DNA of 64,000 nt from an uncultured Fibrobacteraceae bacterium (lineage in GTDB: Bacteria > Krumholzibacteriota > Krumholzibacteriia > LZORAL124-64-63). The stretch spans positions 28,372 to 92,371 of the forward strand of contig CAYTEO010000004.1 of NCBI GenBank assembly GCA_964436825.1. Direction: 5' to 3'. Below, one piece after another: positions 37,593 to 45,949 of the stretch; the first letter of the stretch is position 1, and every line of letters starts with the position of its first letter. Position numbers and translations under genes: made by a program. Below the pieces are notes generated by a model. It saw only the letters and a program-made list of their open reading frames with translations, did not search any database and had not been told where the DNA came from.

Positions 37593-39362
37593 ATGATGGA
37601 ACCGGCAGATGCAGGATCGGCATGGCAGCGTCGCCCCGTCGCCGGAGGTCATCGCGTGGAAGCCGGGACCGCTCTTCTGATCGAGCACATCCGCGAGAGC
37701 GTCATCGGTCGCGACCGGGCCCTGCACGGCCCCTGGGGGCCGCGGCGGATCACCTACGCCGACTACACCGCCTCGGGGCGCAGCCTGGCCTTCATCGAGC
37801 GGTTCATCGACCAGGAGGTCCGACCCCTCTACGCCAACACCCACACCGAGACCTCGACGACCGGCCTGCAGACGACCCGCTTCCGCGAGGACGCCCGGCG
37901 GATCATCCTCGAGGCGGTGGGGGGGACGGACGAGGACGTGGTCATCTTCACGGGCTCGGGGGCGACCGGAGCCATCAACAAGCTGGTGGAGATCCTGAAC
38001 CTGCGCCTGCCGGCCGACCTGGACGCCCGCTACGGTCTGTCCCGGCACATCCCCGCCGACGAGCGGCCGGTCGTCTTCATCGGGCCCTACGAGCACCACT
38101 CCAACGAGCTGCCGTGGCGGGAGTCCATTGCCGACGTCGTGCTGATCGACGAGGACGCCGACGGGCGGATCGACGCCGGCCACCTGGAGCGGGAGCTGGA
38201 GCGCTACGCCGACCGGCCGCTGAAGATCGGCAGCTTCTCCGCGGCCAGCAACGTGACCGGCATCGTCTCGGACACCTACGGCATCTCGGCCCTGCTGCAC
38301 CGGCACGGGGCGCTGGCCTTCTGGGACTTCGCGGCGGCGGCACCCTACGTGCGGATCGACATGAATCCCCCTGCCGGGCGGGGCCTGGCCCCGGAGAGCT
38401 ACAAGGATGCCGTCTTCATCTCCCCCCACAAGTTCGTCGGCGGACCGGGGACGCCGGGCGTCCTGGTCGTCAAGCGGCGGCTGGTGACGAACACGGTGCC
38501 CACCGTGCCGGGCGGCGGGACGGTCAGCTACGTCAACCGCTTCCACCACGACTACCTGACCGATCCGGCACACCGGGAGGAGGGCGGCACGCCGGCCATC
38601 ATCGAGTCGATCCGCGCCGGACTGGTCTTCGCCCTCAAGCGGGCCGTGGGCGAGGACAACATCGAGGCCCTCGAGAGGACCTTCGTCGACCGCGCCATCG
38701 CCGCCTGGTCCGCCGAGCCGAACATCGAGATCCTGGGCAACGTCCGGGCCCACCGCCTGTCGATCGTCTCGTTCGTCATCCGCTGCGGCGAGCGACTGCT
38801 CCACCACAACTTCGTCGTCGCCCTGCTGAACGACCTGTTCGGCATCCAGGCCCGCGGCGGCTGCTCCTGCGCCGGGCCGTACGGTCACCGGCTGCTGGGG
38901 ATCGACCTGCAGCGCTCCATGCGCTACCACGATGCCATCGAGCACGGCTGCGAGGGGATCAAGCCGGGCTGGGTGCGGGTCAACTTCAACTACTTCCTCA
39001 GCGACCGGGTCGTCGACTTCATCATCGAGGCCGTGCGGCTGATTGCCCGCGACGGCTGGCGCCTGCTGCCGTGGTACCGCTTCGACCACGAGACCGGTAT
39101 CTGGCGCCACCGCGACCATCCCGCCGGCGAGGAGCTGTCGCTGCGCGACGTCCGTTTCGACGAACGGGGGCGGCTGGCCTACGCCGCCGAGCACGTCACC
39201 GAGCCGGAGTCGGCCCTGTCCGGCTACCTGGAGCAGGCGAGGCGGATCATCGCCGAGGCGGCGGCCGGTCCGCCGCCCGTCCCCCAGGCGCCGCCGCTGC
39301 CCGGGGACGTCGAGCGTCTGCGCTGGTTTCCCCTGCCGGGGGAAGGAGCGCCGGTGGGCTGA
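37593..39362 (+). CDS. aminotransferase class V-fold PLP-dependent enzyme (cysteine-desulfurase-like) with long C-terminal extension
   Basis: Class-V motifs VIFTGSGATGAINKL, FIGPYEHHSNELPW, SFSAASNVTGIV and PLP-Lys region FISPHKFVGGPGTPGVLV. 589 aa if ATG 37593; the alternative GTG 37656 is possible. Confidence 0.75.
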   Translation: MMEPADAGSAWQRRPVAGGHRVEAGTALLIEHIRESVIGRDRALHGPWGPRRITYADYTASGRSLAFIERFIDQEVRPLYANTHTETSTTGLQTTRFREDARRIILEAVGGTDEDVVIFTGSGATGAINKLVEILNLRLPADLDARYGLSRHIPADERPVVFIGPYEHHSNELPWRESIADVVLIDEDADGRIDAGHLERELERYADRPLKIGSFSAASNVTGIVSDTYGISALLHRHGALAFWDFAAAAPYVRIDMNPPAGRGLAPESYKDAVFISPHKFVGGPGTPGVLVVKRRLVTNTVPTVPGGGTVSYVNRFHHDYLTDPAHREEGGTPAIIESIRAGLVFALKRAVGEDNIEALERTFVDRAIAAWSAEPNIEILGNVRAHRLSIVSFVIRCGERLLHHNFVVALLNDLFGIQARGGCSCAGPYGHRLLGIDLQRSMRYHDAIEHGCEGIKPGWVRVNFNYFLSDRVVDFIIEAVRLIARDGWRLLPWYRFDHETGIWRHRDHPAGEELSLRDVRFDERGRLAYAAEHVTEPESALSGYLEQARRIIAEAAAGPPPVPQAPPLPGDVERLRWFPLPGEGAPVG

Positions 39363-39400
39363 GCGGAGTCCGGCCGGTACCGGGAGCGAAAGGACACGTC

Positions 39401-39739
39401 ATGAGGCTGGAGGACGATGGCAAGCTGCTGCGGATCTTCGTCGACGAGAATGCCCGCCACGACGGCAAGCCGCTCTACGAGCAGATCGTCCGGCGCTGCC
39501 TGGACGCGGGACTGGCCGGTGCGACGGTCCTGCGCGGAATCCAGGGCTACGGCGCCCGCCACCGGCTCCACACCGCCTCGATCCTGCGGCTGAGCACCGA
39601 CCTGCCGGTCGTCGTGGAGATCGCCGACACGCCCGAGAGGATCGACGCCTTCCTGCCGACCGTGGAGGCGATGATCGACGACGGGCTGATCACCGTCGAG
39701 CGGATCCGGATGATCCGCATCGTGCCGGAGGGGGACTGA
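39401..39739 (+). CDS. DUF190 (PF02641, PII-like fold) domain protein
   Basis: RBS AAAGGA, ATG 39401. …GKPLYEQIVRRCLDAGLAGATVLRGIQGYGARHRLHT… fits the DUF190 signature. 112 aa. Confidence 0.7.
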   Translation: MRLEDDGKLLRIFVDENARHDGKPLYEQIVRRCLDAGLAGATVLRGIQGYGARHRLHTASILRLSTDLPVVVEIADTPERIDAFLPTVEAMIDDGLITVERIRMIRIVPEGD

Positions 39740-39841
39740 GACGGCCCGCGGCGGTGCGCGGAATCCGGCGGGTCGGCCTCCCCGGAGGCGGGAACGCCCC
39801 CGGGTGGCGCGAGGTCTGGTAACCTGTCGAGGGAGGAATCC

Positions 39842-40789
39842 ATGACCCCGGACTGGAGGGACAATCCCGTCTGCCGGTTGCTGGGGATCGAACACCCCAT
39901 CATCCAGGCCGGCATGGTCTACAACAGCGGCGCCGAGCTGGCGGCGGCGGCGGCCGAGGCGGGCTGCCTGGGGCTGATCGCCGCGGGCTGGTTCCGGCCC
40001 GACGACCTGCGCGCCGAGATCCGCCGCTGCCGCGAGCTGACCGCGCGGCCCTTCGGGGTCAACCTGCCGCTGATCCACGACCACGCCGCCGACTGCCTGC
40101 GGGTGGCCCTGGAGGAGGGAGTGCGGATCTTCGTCACCTCGGCCGGCTCGCCGCGGCGGGTGGCCGGTCCGCTGCGCGAGGCAGGGGCGATCTTCATCCA
40201 CGTGGCCGCCTCGCCGTCCCTGGCGCGCAAGTGCGAGGAGGCCGGCTGCGACGCCGTGGTCGTCGAGGGGTTCGAGGCCGGCGGTCACAACGGCCGCGAG
40301 GAGCTGACGACGATGGTCCTGGTCCCGGCCGCCCGCCGGGTCGTCTCGATCCCCCTGATCGCCGCCGGCGGCATCGCCACCGGCGAGCAGATGGCCGCCG
40401 CCCTCGCCCTGGGTGCCGATGCCGTCCAGGTGGGGTCGCGGTTCGCCGTCACGCGCGAGTCGGTGGCCCATGCGGCGTACAAGCGGGCTGTCGTCGAGGG
40501 GGAAGACACCCGGCTGGTCCTGAAGCAGCACCTGCCGGTCCGGTTGCTGCGCAACCGCTTCCGGGAGATGGTCGAGGAGCTGGAGGCCCGCGGCGCCTCG
40601 CGCGAGGAACTGGTCGCACTGCTGGGCCGGGGCCGCGCCCGCCGCGGGATGCTCGAGGGCGACCTGGAGGAGGGCGAGCTGGAGATCGGCCAGGTGGCGG
40701 CCCTGATCGACGACATCCCCACCGTGGCCGAGGTCGTCCGGCGGCTGCTGGACGGCTACGCGGTCGCCGTCGCCCGCCTGAGGGGATGA
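39842..40789 (+). CDS. NAD(P)H-dependent flavin oxidoreductase, nitronate monooxygenase family (2-nitropropane dioxygenase/FabK-like)
   Basis: Motifs HPIIQAGMVYNSGAELAAAAAEAGCLGLIAAG, VVVEGFEAGGHNG and LIAAGGIATGEQMAAALALGADAVQVGSRF. Confidence 0.8.
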   Translation: MTPDWRDNPVCRLLGIEHPIIQAGMVYNSGAELAAAAAEAGCLGLIAAGWFRPDDLRAEIRRCRELTARPFGVNLPLIHDHAADCLRVALEEGVRIFVTSAGSPRRVAGPLREAGAIFIHVAASPSLARKCEEAGCDAVVVEGFEAGGHNGREELTTMVLVPAARRVVSIPLIAAGGIATGEQMAAALALGADAVQVGSRFAVTRESVAHAAYKRAVVEGEDTRLVLKQHLPVRLLRNRFREMVEELEARGASREELVALLGRGRARRGMLEGDLEEGELEIGQVAALIDDIPTVAEVVRRLLDGYAVAVARLRG

Positions 40790-40796
40790 AACCGGG

Positions 40797-41987
40797 ATGG
40801 GCGCACCCTCCGTCTCCGCCGTCCAGCTGCGGGAGATCCTCCGTCCGGTCCGGGAGGCGCACCGTCTCGACCTGGTCGGCGTCGTCGCGCTGCCCCGGGC
40901 GCTGCCGCACACGGCGGCGTGGCTGAACTGGCTGCTCGAGGGTCGCCACGGCGACCTGGCGTACCTGCTGCGGGATCCCCACGCCAGGGCGGACCCCACG
41001 CGGGAGCGGCCCTGGGCCCGCTCGCTGATCGTGGTCGCCCAGCGCTACGTCAACGGGTGGGAGCGCGACGACCCCGAGGCCGTGGCCGGCGTGGCGGCCG
41101 GTGGCTCGTGGCTGGCCGGCGTCTCCCGCTACGCCCGCGGCCGTGACTACCACGATGTCCTGCGGCGCGCCCTGCGACGACTGGTCCAGGTGCTGCGCGA
41201 GGAGCTGATCGCGCGGGGGATCATCGCCCGCTACGACGACCTGCGGGCCGAGACCGCCGTCGACGCCGGGCCGTTCCTGGAGCGCGAGTGGGCCTGGCTG
41301 GCGGGGCTCGGTTTCATCGGCAAGAACACCATGCTGATCCACCCCCGGCTGGGATCGGGGCTGTTCCTGGGGGTGGCGGTCCTGGGCCTGGAGGTCGAGG
41401 CGCTGGCCGACGCTCCCCGCCCCCTGCTCGGCCCGCCGGCCCAGCGGCTGCCCGAACCGGAGGGGATGGCCTCGCTCTGCGGCCACTGCACCGCCTGCCT
41501 GGACGCCTGCCCCACCGGAGCGCTGGTGGCGCCGCTGCGACTGGACGCCGGCCGCTGCCTGTCGACCTGGTCCATCGAGTGGCGGGGCGGGGCGCCGCCG
41601 GGGGAGAGGCCGGCCCAGGGCGGCCTGCTGTTCGGCTGCGACGTCTGCCAGCAGGTCTGTCCCTGGAACCACAAGGCGGCCCGGCTGTTGACCGATCCGC
41701 CGGCGGCCGCCTACGCCGAACTGCCCGGGCACGGCGAGCTTTCGCTGGCGGACCTGATGACGATCGACGCGCAGACGTTCCGGCGGCGGTTCCGCCACAC
41801 TCCCCTGTGGCGCTGTCACCCCGAGGGGATGCGCCGCAACGCCCTGATCGTGGCGGCCAACACGGGGAGGCGGGACCTGCGGCGGGTCATCGAGGCCGTC
41901 GCCGCCGGCGATCCCGACCCCGGCGTGCGCGAGACGGCCGGCTGGGCCCTGTCGCGGCTCGACCCCGGCGGAGGGGAGGAGGAGTGA
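40797..41987 (+). CDS. queG: epoxyqueuosine reductase
   Basis: Two 4Fe-4S motifs CGHCTACLDACPTGA and CDVCQQVCPWN. B12-binding/tRNA-binding N-terminal region (…GFIGKNTMLIHPRLGS…). C-terminal HEAT-like repeat (DPDPGVRETAGWAL). Confidence 0.85.
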   Translation: MGAPSVSAVQLREILRPVREAHRLDLVGVVALPRALPHTAAWLNWLLEGRHGDLAYLLRDPHARADPTRERPWARSLIVVAQRYVNGWERDDPEAVAGVAAGGSWLAGVSRYARGRDYHDVLRRALRRLVQVLREELIARGIIARYDDLRAETAVDAGPFLEREWAWLAGLGFIGKNTMLIHPRLGSGLFLGVAVLGLEVEALADAPRPLLGPPAQRLPEPEGMASLCGHCTACLDACPTGALVAPLRLDAGRCLSTWSIEWRGGAPPGERPAQGGLLFGCDVCQQVCPWNHKAARLLTDPPAAAYAELPGHGELSLADLMTIDAQTFRRRFRHTPLWRCHPEGMRRNALIVAANTGRRDLRRVIEAVAAGDPDPGVRETAGWALSRLDPGGGEEE

Positions 41988-42997
41988 TGGGCACGAAGAC
42001 TTGGCCCGAGGCCGCCTGGTGGCACCCCCTGTCCGACGGGCGGGTCGCCTGCGACCTCTGTCCCATCGGCTGCAGGCTGCGCGAGGGGCAGGACGGTCCC
42101 TGCGGCACCCGCGGCGTCCGCGACGGGCGGATGGTCGCCCTGCAGTACGGCAGGGTCGTCGCGGCCGGGATCGACCCCATCGAGAAGAAGCCCCTCTACC
42201 ACTTCCATCCCGGCCGCCCGATCCTGTCGCTCGCCGCCCCGGGGTGCAACCTCCACTGCGCCTTCTGCCAGAACTGGACCATCAGCCAGCAGCACGACGG
42301 CCTCCCGACCGAGGACCTGCCGCCCGCGGCGGCGGTCTCCCAGGCCGACCGCGACGGCTCGATCGGCGTCGCCTACACCTACACCGAGCCGCTGGTCTGG
42401 TACGAGTACGTCCGCGACACGGCGCGGCTCGTCCGCGAGCGCGGCCTGGTGAACGTCCTGGTGACCAACGGCTACCTCGAACCCGGTCCCCTGGCCGAGC
42501 TGCTGCCGCTGATCGACGCCGCCAACGTCGATCTCAAGAGCATGGACGACGACTTCTACCGCCGGGTCTGCAAGGCGCGGCTCGACCCGGTCCTGGCGGC
42601 CATCCGGCGGATCCGCGCCGCCGGGGTCCACCTGGAGATCACCAACCTCGTCATCCCCGGACACAACGACAGCGACGAGCAGCTGGCGGCCCTGGTCGAC
42701 TTCGTGGCCGACGAGCTGGGTCGCGAGGTGCCGCTGCACTTCTCGGCCTACCATCCGGCCTGGCAGTTCGACGCCCCGGCCACGCCGCCCCGGACGCTGC
42801 TGCGCGCCGCGGAGATCGCGCGCCGCAGGCTGGACTTCGTCTATCTGGGGAATGTTAATCTCGCGGGAGAGAGTGACACCCGCTGCCCCGGCTGCGGGAC
42901 CGTCGTCGTCCGTCGCGGCGGCTTCAGCGCGCGGGTCGCGCTGGGGCCGGGAGCCACCTGCCCCGGCTGCGGCCGCCGGCTGCCGATCGTCGTCTAG
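41987..42997 (+). CDS. AmmeMemoRadiSam-system-type radical SAM enzyme (PFL-activase-like)
   Basis: ATG overlaps the queG stop (TGATG). N-terminal auxiliary cluster VACDLCPIGCRLREGQDGPCGTR, radical SAM CNLHCAFCQNW, and C-terminal zinc-ribbon CPGCGTVV…CPGCGRRL. Confidence 0.75.
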   Translation: MGTKTWPEAAWWHPLSDGRVACDLCPIGCRLREGQDGPCGTRGVRDGRMVALQYGRVVAAGIDPIEKKPLYHFHPGRPILSLAAPGCNLHCAFCQNWTISQQHDGLPTEDLPPAAAVSQADRDGSIGVAYTYTEPLVWYEYVRDTARLVRERGLVNVLVTNGYLEPGPLAELLPLIDAANVDLKSMDDDFYRRVCKARLDPVLAAIRRIRAAGVHLEITNLVIPGHNDSDEQLAALVDFVADELGREVPLHFSAYHPAWQFDAPATPPRTLLRAAEIARRRLDFVYLGNVNLAGESDTRCPGCGTVVVRRGGFSARVALGPGATCPGCGRRLPIVV

Positions 42998-43006
42998 GAG
43001 GCCGTC

Positions 43007-43663
43007 TTGTCGTTCCAGCGTTCCCAACCCGAGTTTTCCACGGGCGAGGAGATCGCCCACAGCGTCACCCACGGCCTGGGGGCCGTCCTGGGGATCGTCG
43101 GCCTGGTCCTGCTGGTCCGCCGCGCCTTGGTCCTGGGCGATCCCCGCGTCCTGGCGGCCGATGTCGTCTTCGGCGCCAGCATGATCGTCCTCTACGCGGC
43201 CTCGACCCTCTACCACGCCCTCACCCCGCCTCGGGTCAAGCGGGTGTTCGAGATCCTCGACCACGGGGCCATCTACCTGCTGATCGCCGGCACCTACACG
43301 CCGTTCCTGGTCCTGGGGATCGGTGGCACCCTGGGGCGGACGCTGCTGATCGTCGTCTGGTTCCTGGCGGTGGCGGGGATCGTCTTCAAGGTCTTCTTCA
43401 CCGGCCGTTTCCGGCTCGTCTCGACCCTGCTCTACATCGGGATGGGCTGGTTGATCGTGGTGGCCGTGCGGCCGCTGGTGGCAGCGGTGCCGACGCCGGC
43501 GCTGGTGTGGCTGCTGGCGGGCGGGATCTGCTACACGGGGGGGACGGTCTTCTACCTGTGGCGCGGCCTGCGGTTCGGCCATGCCCTGTGGCACCTGTGC
43601 GTGCTGGCGGGGACGGCCTGCCACTTCGTGGCCGTCTACCGCTACCTGCCGCCGGTCGGGTGA
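43007..43663 (+). CDS. hemolysin III / PAQR family channel protein
   Basis: Seven-TM protein with the conserved HSVTHGLGAVLGI and LDHGAIYLLIAGTYTPF motifs of the HlyIII/YqfA family. Confidence 0.8.
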   Translation: MSFQRSQPEFSTGEEIAHSVTHGLGAVLGIVGLVLLVRRALVLGDPRVLAADVVFGASMIVLYAASTLYHALTPPRVKRVFEILDHGAIYLLIAGTYTPFLVLGIGGTLGRTLLIVVWFLAVAGIVFKVFFTGRFRLVSTLLYIGMGWLIVVAVRPLVAAVPTPALVWLLAGGICYTGGTVFYLWRGLRFGHALWHLCVLAGTACHFVAVYRYLPPVG

Positions 43664-43681
43664 CCCGGCCGCCGGTCCGTC

Positions 43682-44077
43682 TCACCACGGCTGCCGCCAC
43701 GCCGGCGGTTCGCCCAGCCAGCCCTCGCGCCGGTGGGCGACGCGGACGTAGGTCGTGATCCCGCCGCGGACGAACCACTTGGCGTCGATCTCCAGGAACC
43801 ACGGATCGAGCAGCCGGACCAGGTCGGCCAGGATCTCGCCGGTCACCCTCTCGTGGAAGGCACCCACGTCGCGGTAGGTCCACAGGTAGAGTTTCAGGGA
43901 CTTCAGCTCGACGCACAGCTCCCGCGGGATGTAGCGGATCTTGAAGTGGGCGAAGTCCGGCTGCCCGGTCAGGGGGCAGAGGCAGGTGAACTCCGGGCAG
44001 TCGAACAGGATCTCGTACTCCCGGTCCGGGTGGGGGTTCGGGAACGTCTCCAGGTCGCGGGACGGCTGGGTCGGCAT
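43682..44077 (-). CDS. queF: NADPH-dependent 7-cyano-7-deazaguanine (preQ0) reductase
   Basis: Start ATG 44077 (MPTQPSRD…). QueF motifs ILFDCPEFTCLCPLTGQPDFAHFKIRY (Cys nucleophile) and ELKSLKLYLWTYR. 131 aa, unimodular type. Confidence 0.85.
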   Translation of the reverse strand: MPTQPSRDLETFPNPHPDREYEILFDCPEFTCLCPLTGQPDFAHFKIRYIPRELCVELKSLKLYLWTYRDVGAFHERVTGEILADLVRLLDPWFLEIDAKWFVRGGITTYVRVAHRREGWLGEPPAWRQPW

Positions 44078-44296
44078 GCTGTGACCTCCGTTGGGGTTGG
44101 GTCCAGGATAGTGATCGCCGCCGCGGCGGGCAAGCCGACATCCGTTGGTGCGCCCCCGATCCCTAGGGGTTAGCATGGCCGACCGGAGGGGCCACCGGCC
44201 GGCGGGAGGTCAAGCCGCCCCCGCGCCGACCGATGGAACGGGGGTACCGCTGCGACAGGCGGCACGCGGGCCATGACCGAGCGACACGGGAGAGAG

Positions 44297-45853
44297 ATGT
44301 CGACGATCCGCTCGACATTCCGCCACGCCTCCGTCTACACCATGGCGGCGGTCCTGGGGAAGCTGATCAGCTTCTTCATGCTGCCGTTCTACGCCCATAT
44401 CCTGCAGGACGTCGGCTACGGCGTCATCGGGATGATCGACACGACGCTGGCCTTCCTCATGGGCCTGCTGGCCTACGGGGCCCGCGGGGGGATCGTCCGC
44501 CTCTACCACGAACATCCCGAGGGGAGGAAGAACGAGGTCGTCAGCACCGGCTTTCTGCTGGTGGGAATGACGGTCTTCGCCCTCGTGGGGCTGCTGTTGC
44601 CGTTCAGCGGGCTGATCAGCAGGGGGTTGCTGGGCGACAGCAAGTACGCCATCCTGCTGGTGATGGCGCTGGTCGGCTTCGCCCTGGAGCTGACCGGGCA
44701 GGCCGCGTCCTCCATCCTGCTGATCCAGCGGCGCTCCCTGTTCTATTCCGGCGTGGGCATGCTGCGCCTGTTCGTCGGGCTGGGGCTGAACATCTGGCTC
44801 GTCGTCATCCTGCGCTGGGACCTGTACGGCTATTTCCTGAGTTCCCTGCTGACCTCGCTGATCTCCAACGTCATCTTCATCGTCGCGGCGTTGCGGATCT
44901 GCGGCCGGCGCTTCGACCACGGGACGGCCCGGGAGCTGATCCGCTTCCAGCTGCCGCTGATCCCGGGCAACCTGGCCTCGTTCGTCTCGCGGCAGGTGGA
45001 GCGGATCCTCGTCCGCTACCAGATCGACCTGGCCAGCCTGGGCGTGCTGGAGATGGGCTACAAGTTCCCCGTCCTGATCAGCCTGCTGGTCACCCAGCCG
45101 TTCATGCGCTCCTGGAACACGACGCGCACCGAGATCGCCGACGAGCCGGGCGCCCCCCGGCAGATCGGCCAGATGTTCAGCTTCTTCCTGGCCCTGGTCG
45201 TCTTCGGCGGGCTGCTGATCGCCGTCAACATCAAGACGGTCCTGCACCTGCTGACCCCGCCCGAGTTCTGGCCGGCCTACCGGATCGCCCGGATCGACGT
45301 GCTGGCCCTCATTCTCACCGGCTGCTACTACCACGTCTCGTTCGGCCTCTACTACGCCAAGGACACCGCCACGATGTCCAAGCTGCGGGCCGCCACCTCG
45401 GTCGTGAAGGTCCTGCTCTCCTACCTGTTCATCCGCTTCTGGGGGCTGTACGGCGCCGCCTGGTCGGCGTTCATCACGGCCCTGATCCTGGCCACCGCCG
45501 GCGGGGTGCTGGCCCAGCGGCGCTACCGGATCGAGCTGGAGTGGCGCAAGATCGCCGCCGTCGTCGGCTGGGCAGTGGTCCTCTTCCTGCTGTTGACCCG
45601 GACCGACCTGCGGGTCCTGGGCGCCTGGCGATGGCTGGACGGCACGGCCCTCCCGCAGCTGGTCGACATTCTCTCCCGGACCCCCGTGGGGAGCTGGAAG
45701 GACGGCAAGGTCATGGCTCTCCTGTCGGAGCGGTCGGCCCTGACGGCCGATCTGGTCCTGCAGGTCCTGTTCTGCTTCGGCTACCTGGCCATCGTGCCCG
45801 CCCTCCATTCCGAGACCCGCCGCAGGCTCCTGCGCCGGATCGGTCTCGGCTGA
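44297..45853 (+). CDS. polysaccharide biosynthesis protein / oligosaccharide flippase (Wzx-like, MOP superfamily)
   Basis: ~14 TM segments. Conserved MOP-flippase N-terminus ASVYTMAAVLGKLISFFMLPFYAHIL and internal …FQLPLIPGNLASFVSRQVERILV. Confidence 0.7.
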   Translation: MSTIRSTFRHASVYTMAAVLGKLISFFMLPFYAHILQDVGYGVIGMIDTTLAFLMGLLAYGARGGIVRLYHEHPEGRKNEVVSTGFLLVGMTVFALVGLLLPFSGLISRGLLGDSKYAILLVMALVGFALELTGQAASSILLIQRRSLFYSGVGMLRLFVGLGLNIWLVVILRWDLYGYFLSSLLTSLISNVIFIVAALRICGRRFDHGTARELIRFQLPLIPGNLASFVSRQVERILVRYQIDLASLGVLEMGYKFPVLISLLVTQPFMRSWNTTRTEIADEPGAPRQIGQMFSFFLALVVFGGLLIAVNIKTVLHLLTPPEFWPAYRIARIDVLALILTGCYYHVSFGLYYAKDTATMSKLRAATSVVKVLLSYLFIRFWGLYGAAWSAFITALILATAGGVLAQRRYRIELEWRKIAAVVGWAVVLFLLLTRTDLRVLGAWRWLDGTALPQLVDILSRTPVGSWKDGKVMALLSERSALTADLVLQVLFCFGYLAIVPALHSETRRRLLRRIGLG

Positions 45854-45949
45854 TCCCGGCGACCGGCGCCGGTCGTGGACGAATGCGCACGACGAGGAAC
45901 CGCCCCGCTCCCGGGGGAGCGGGGCGGCTGCGCGGTGGACGGCGACCCG

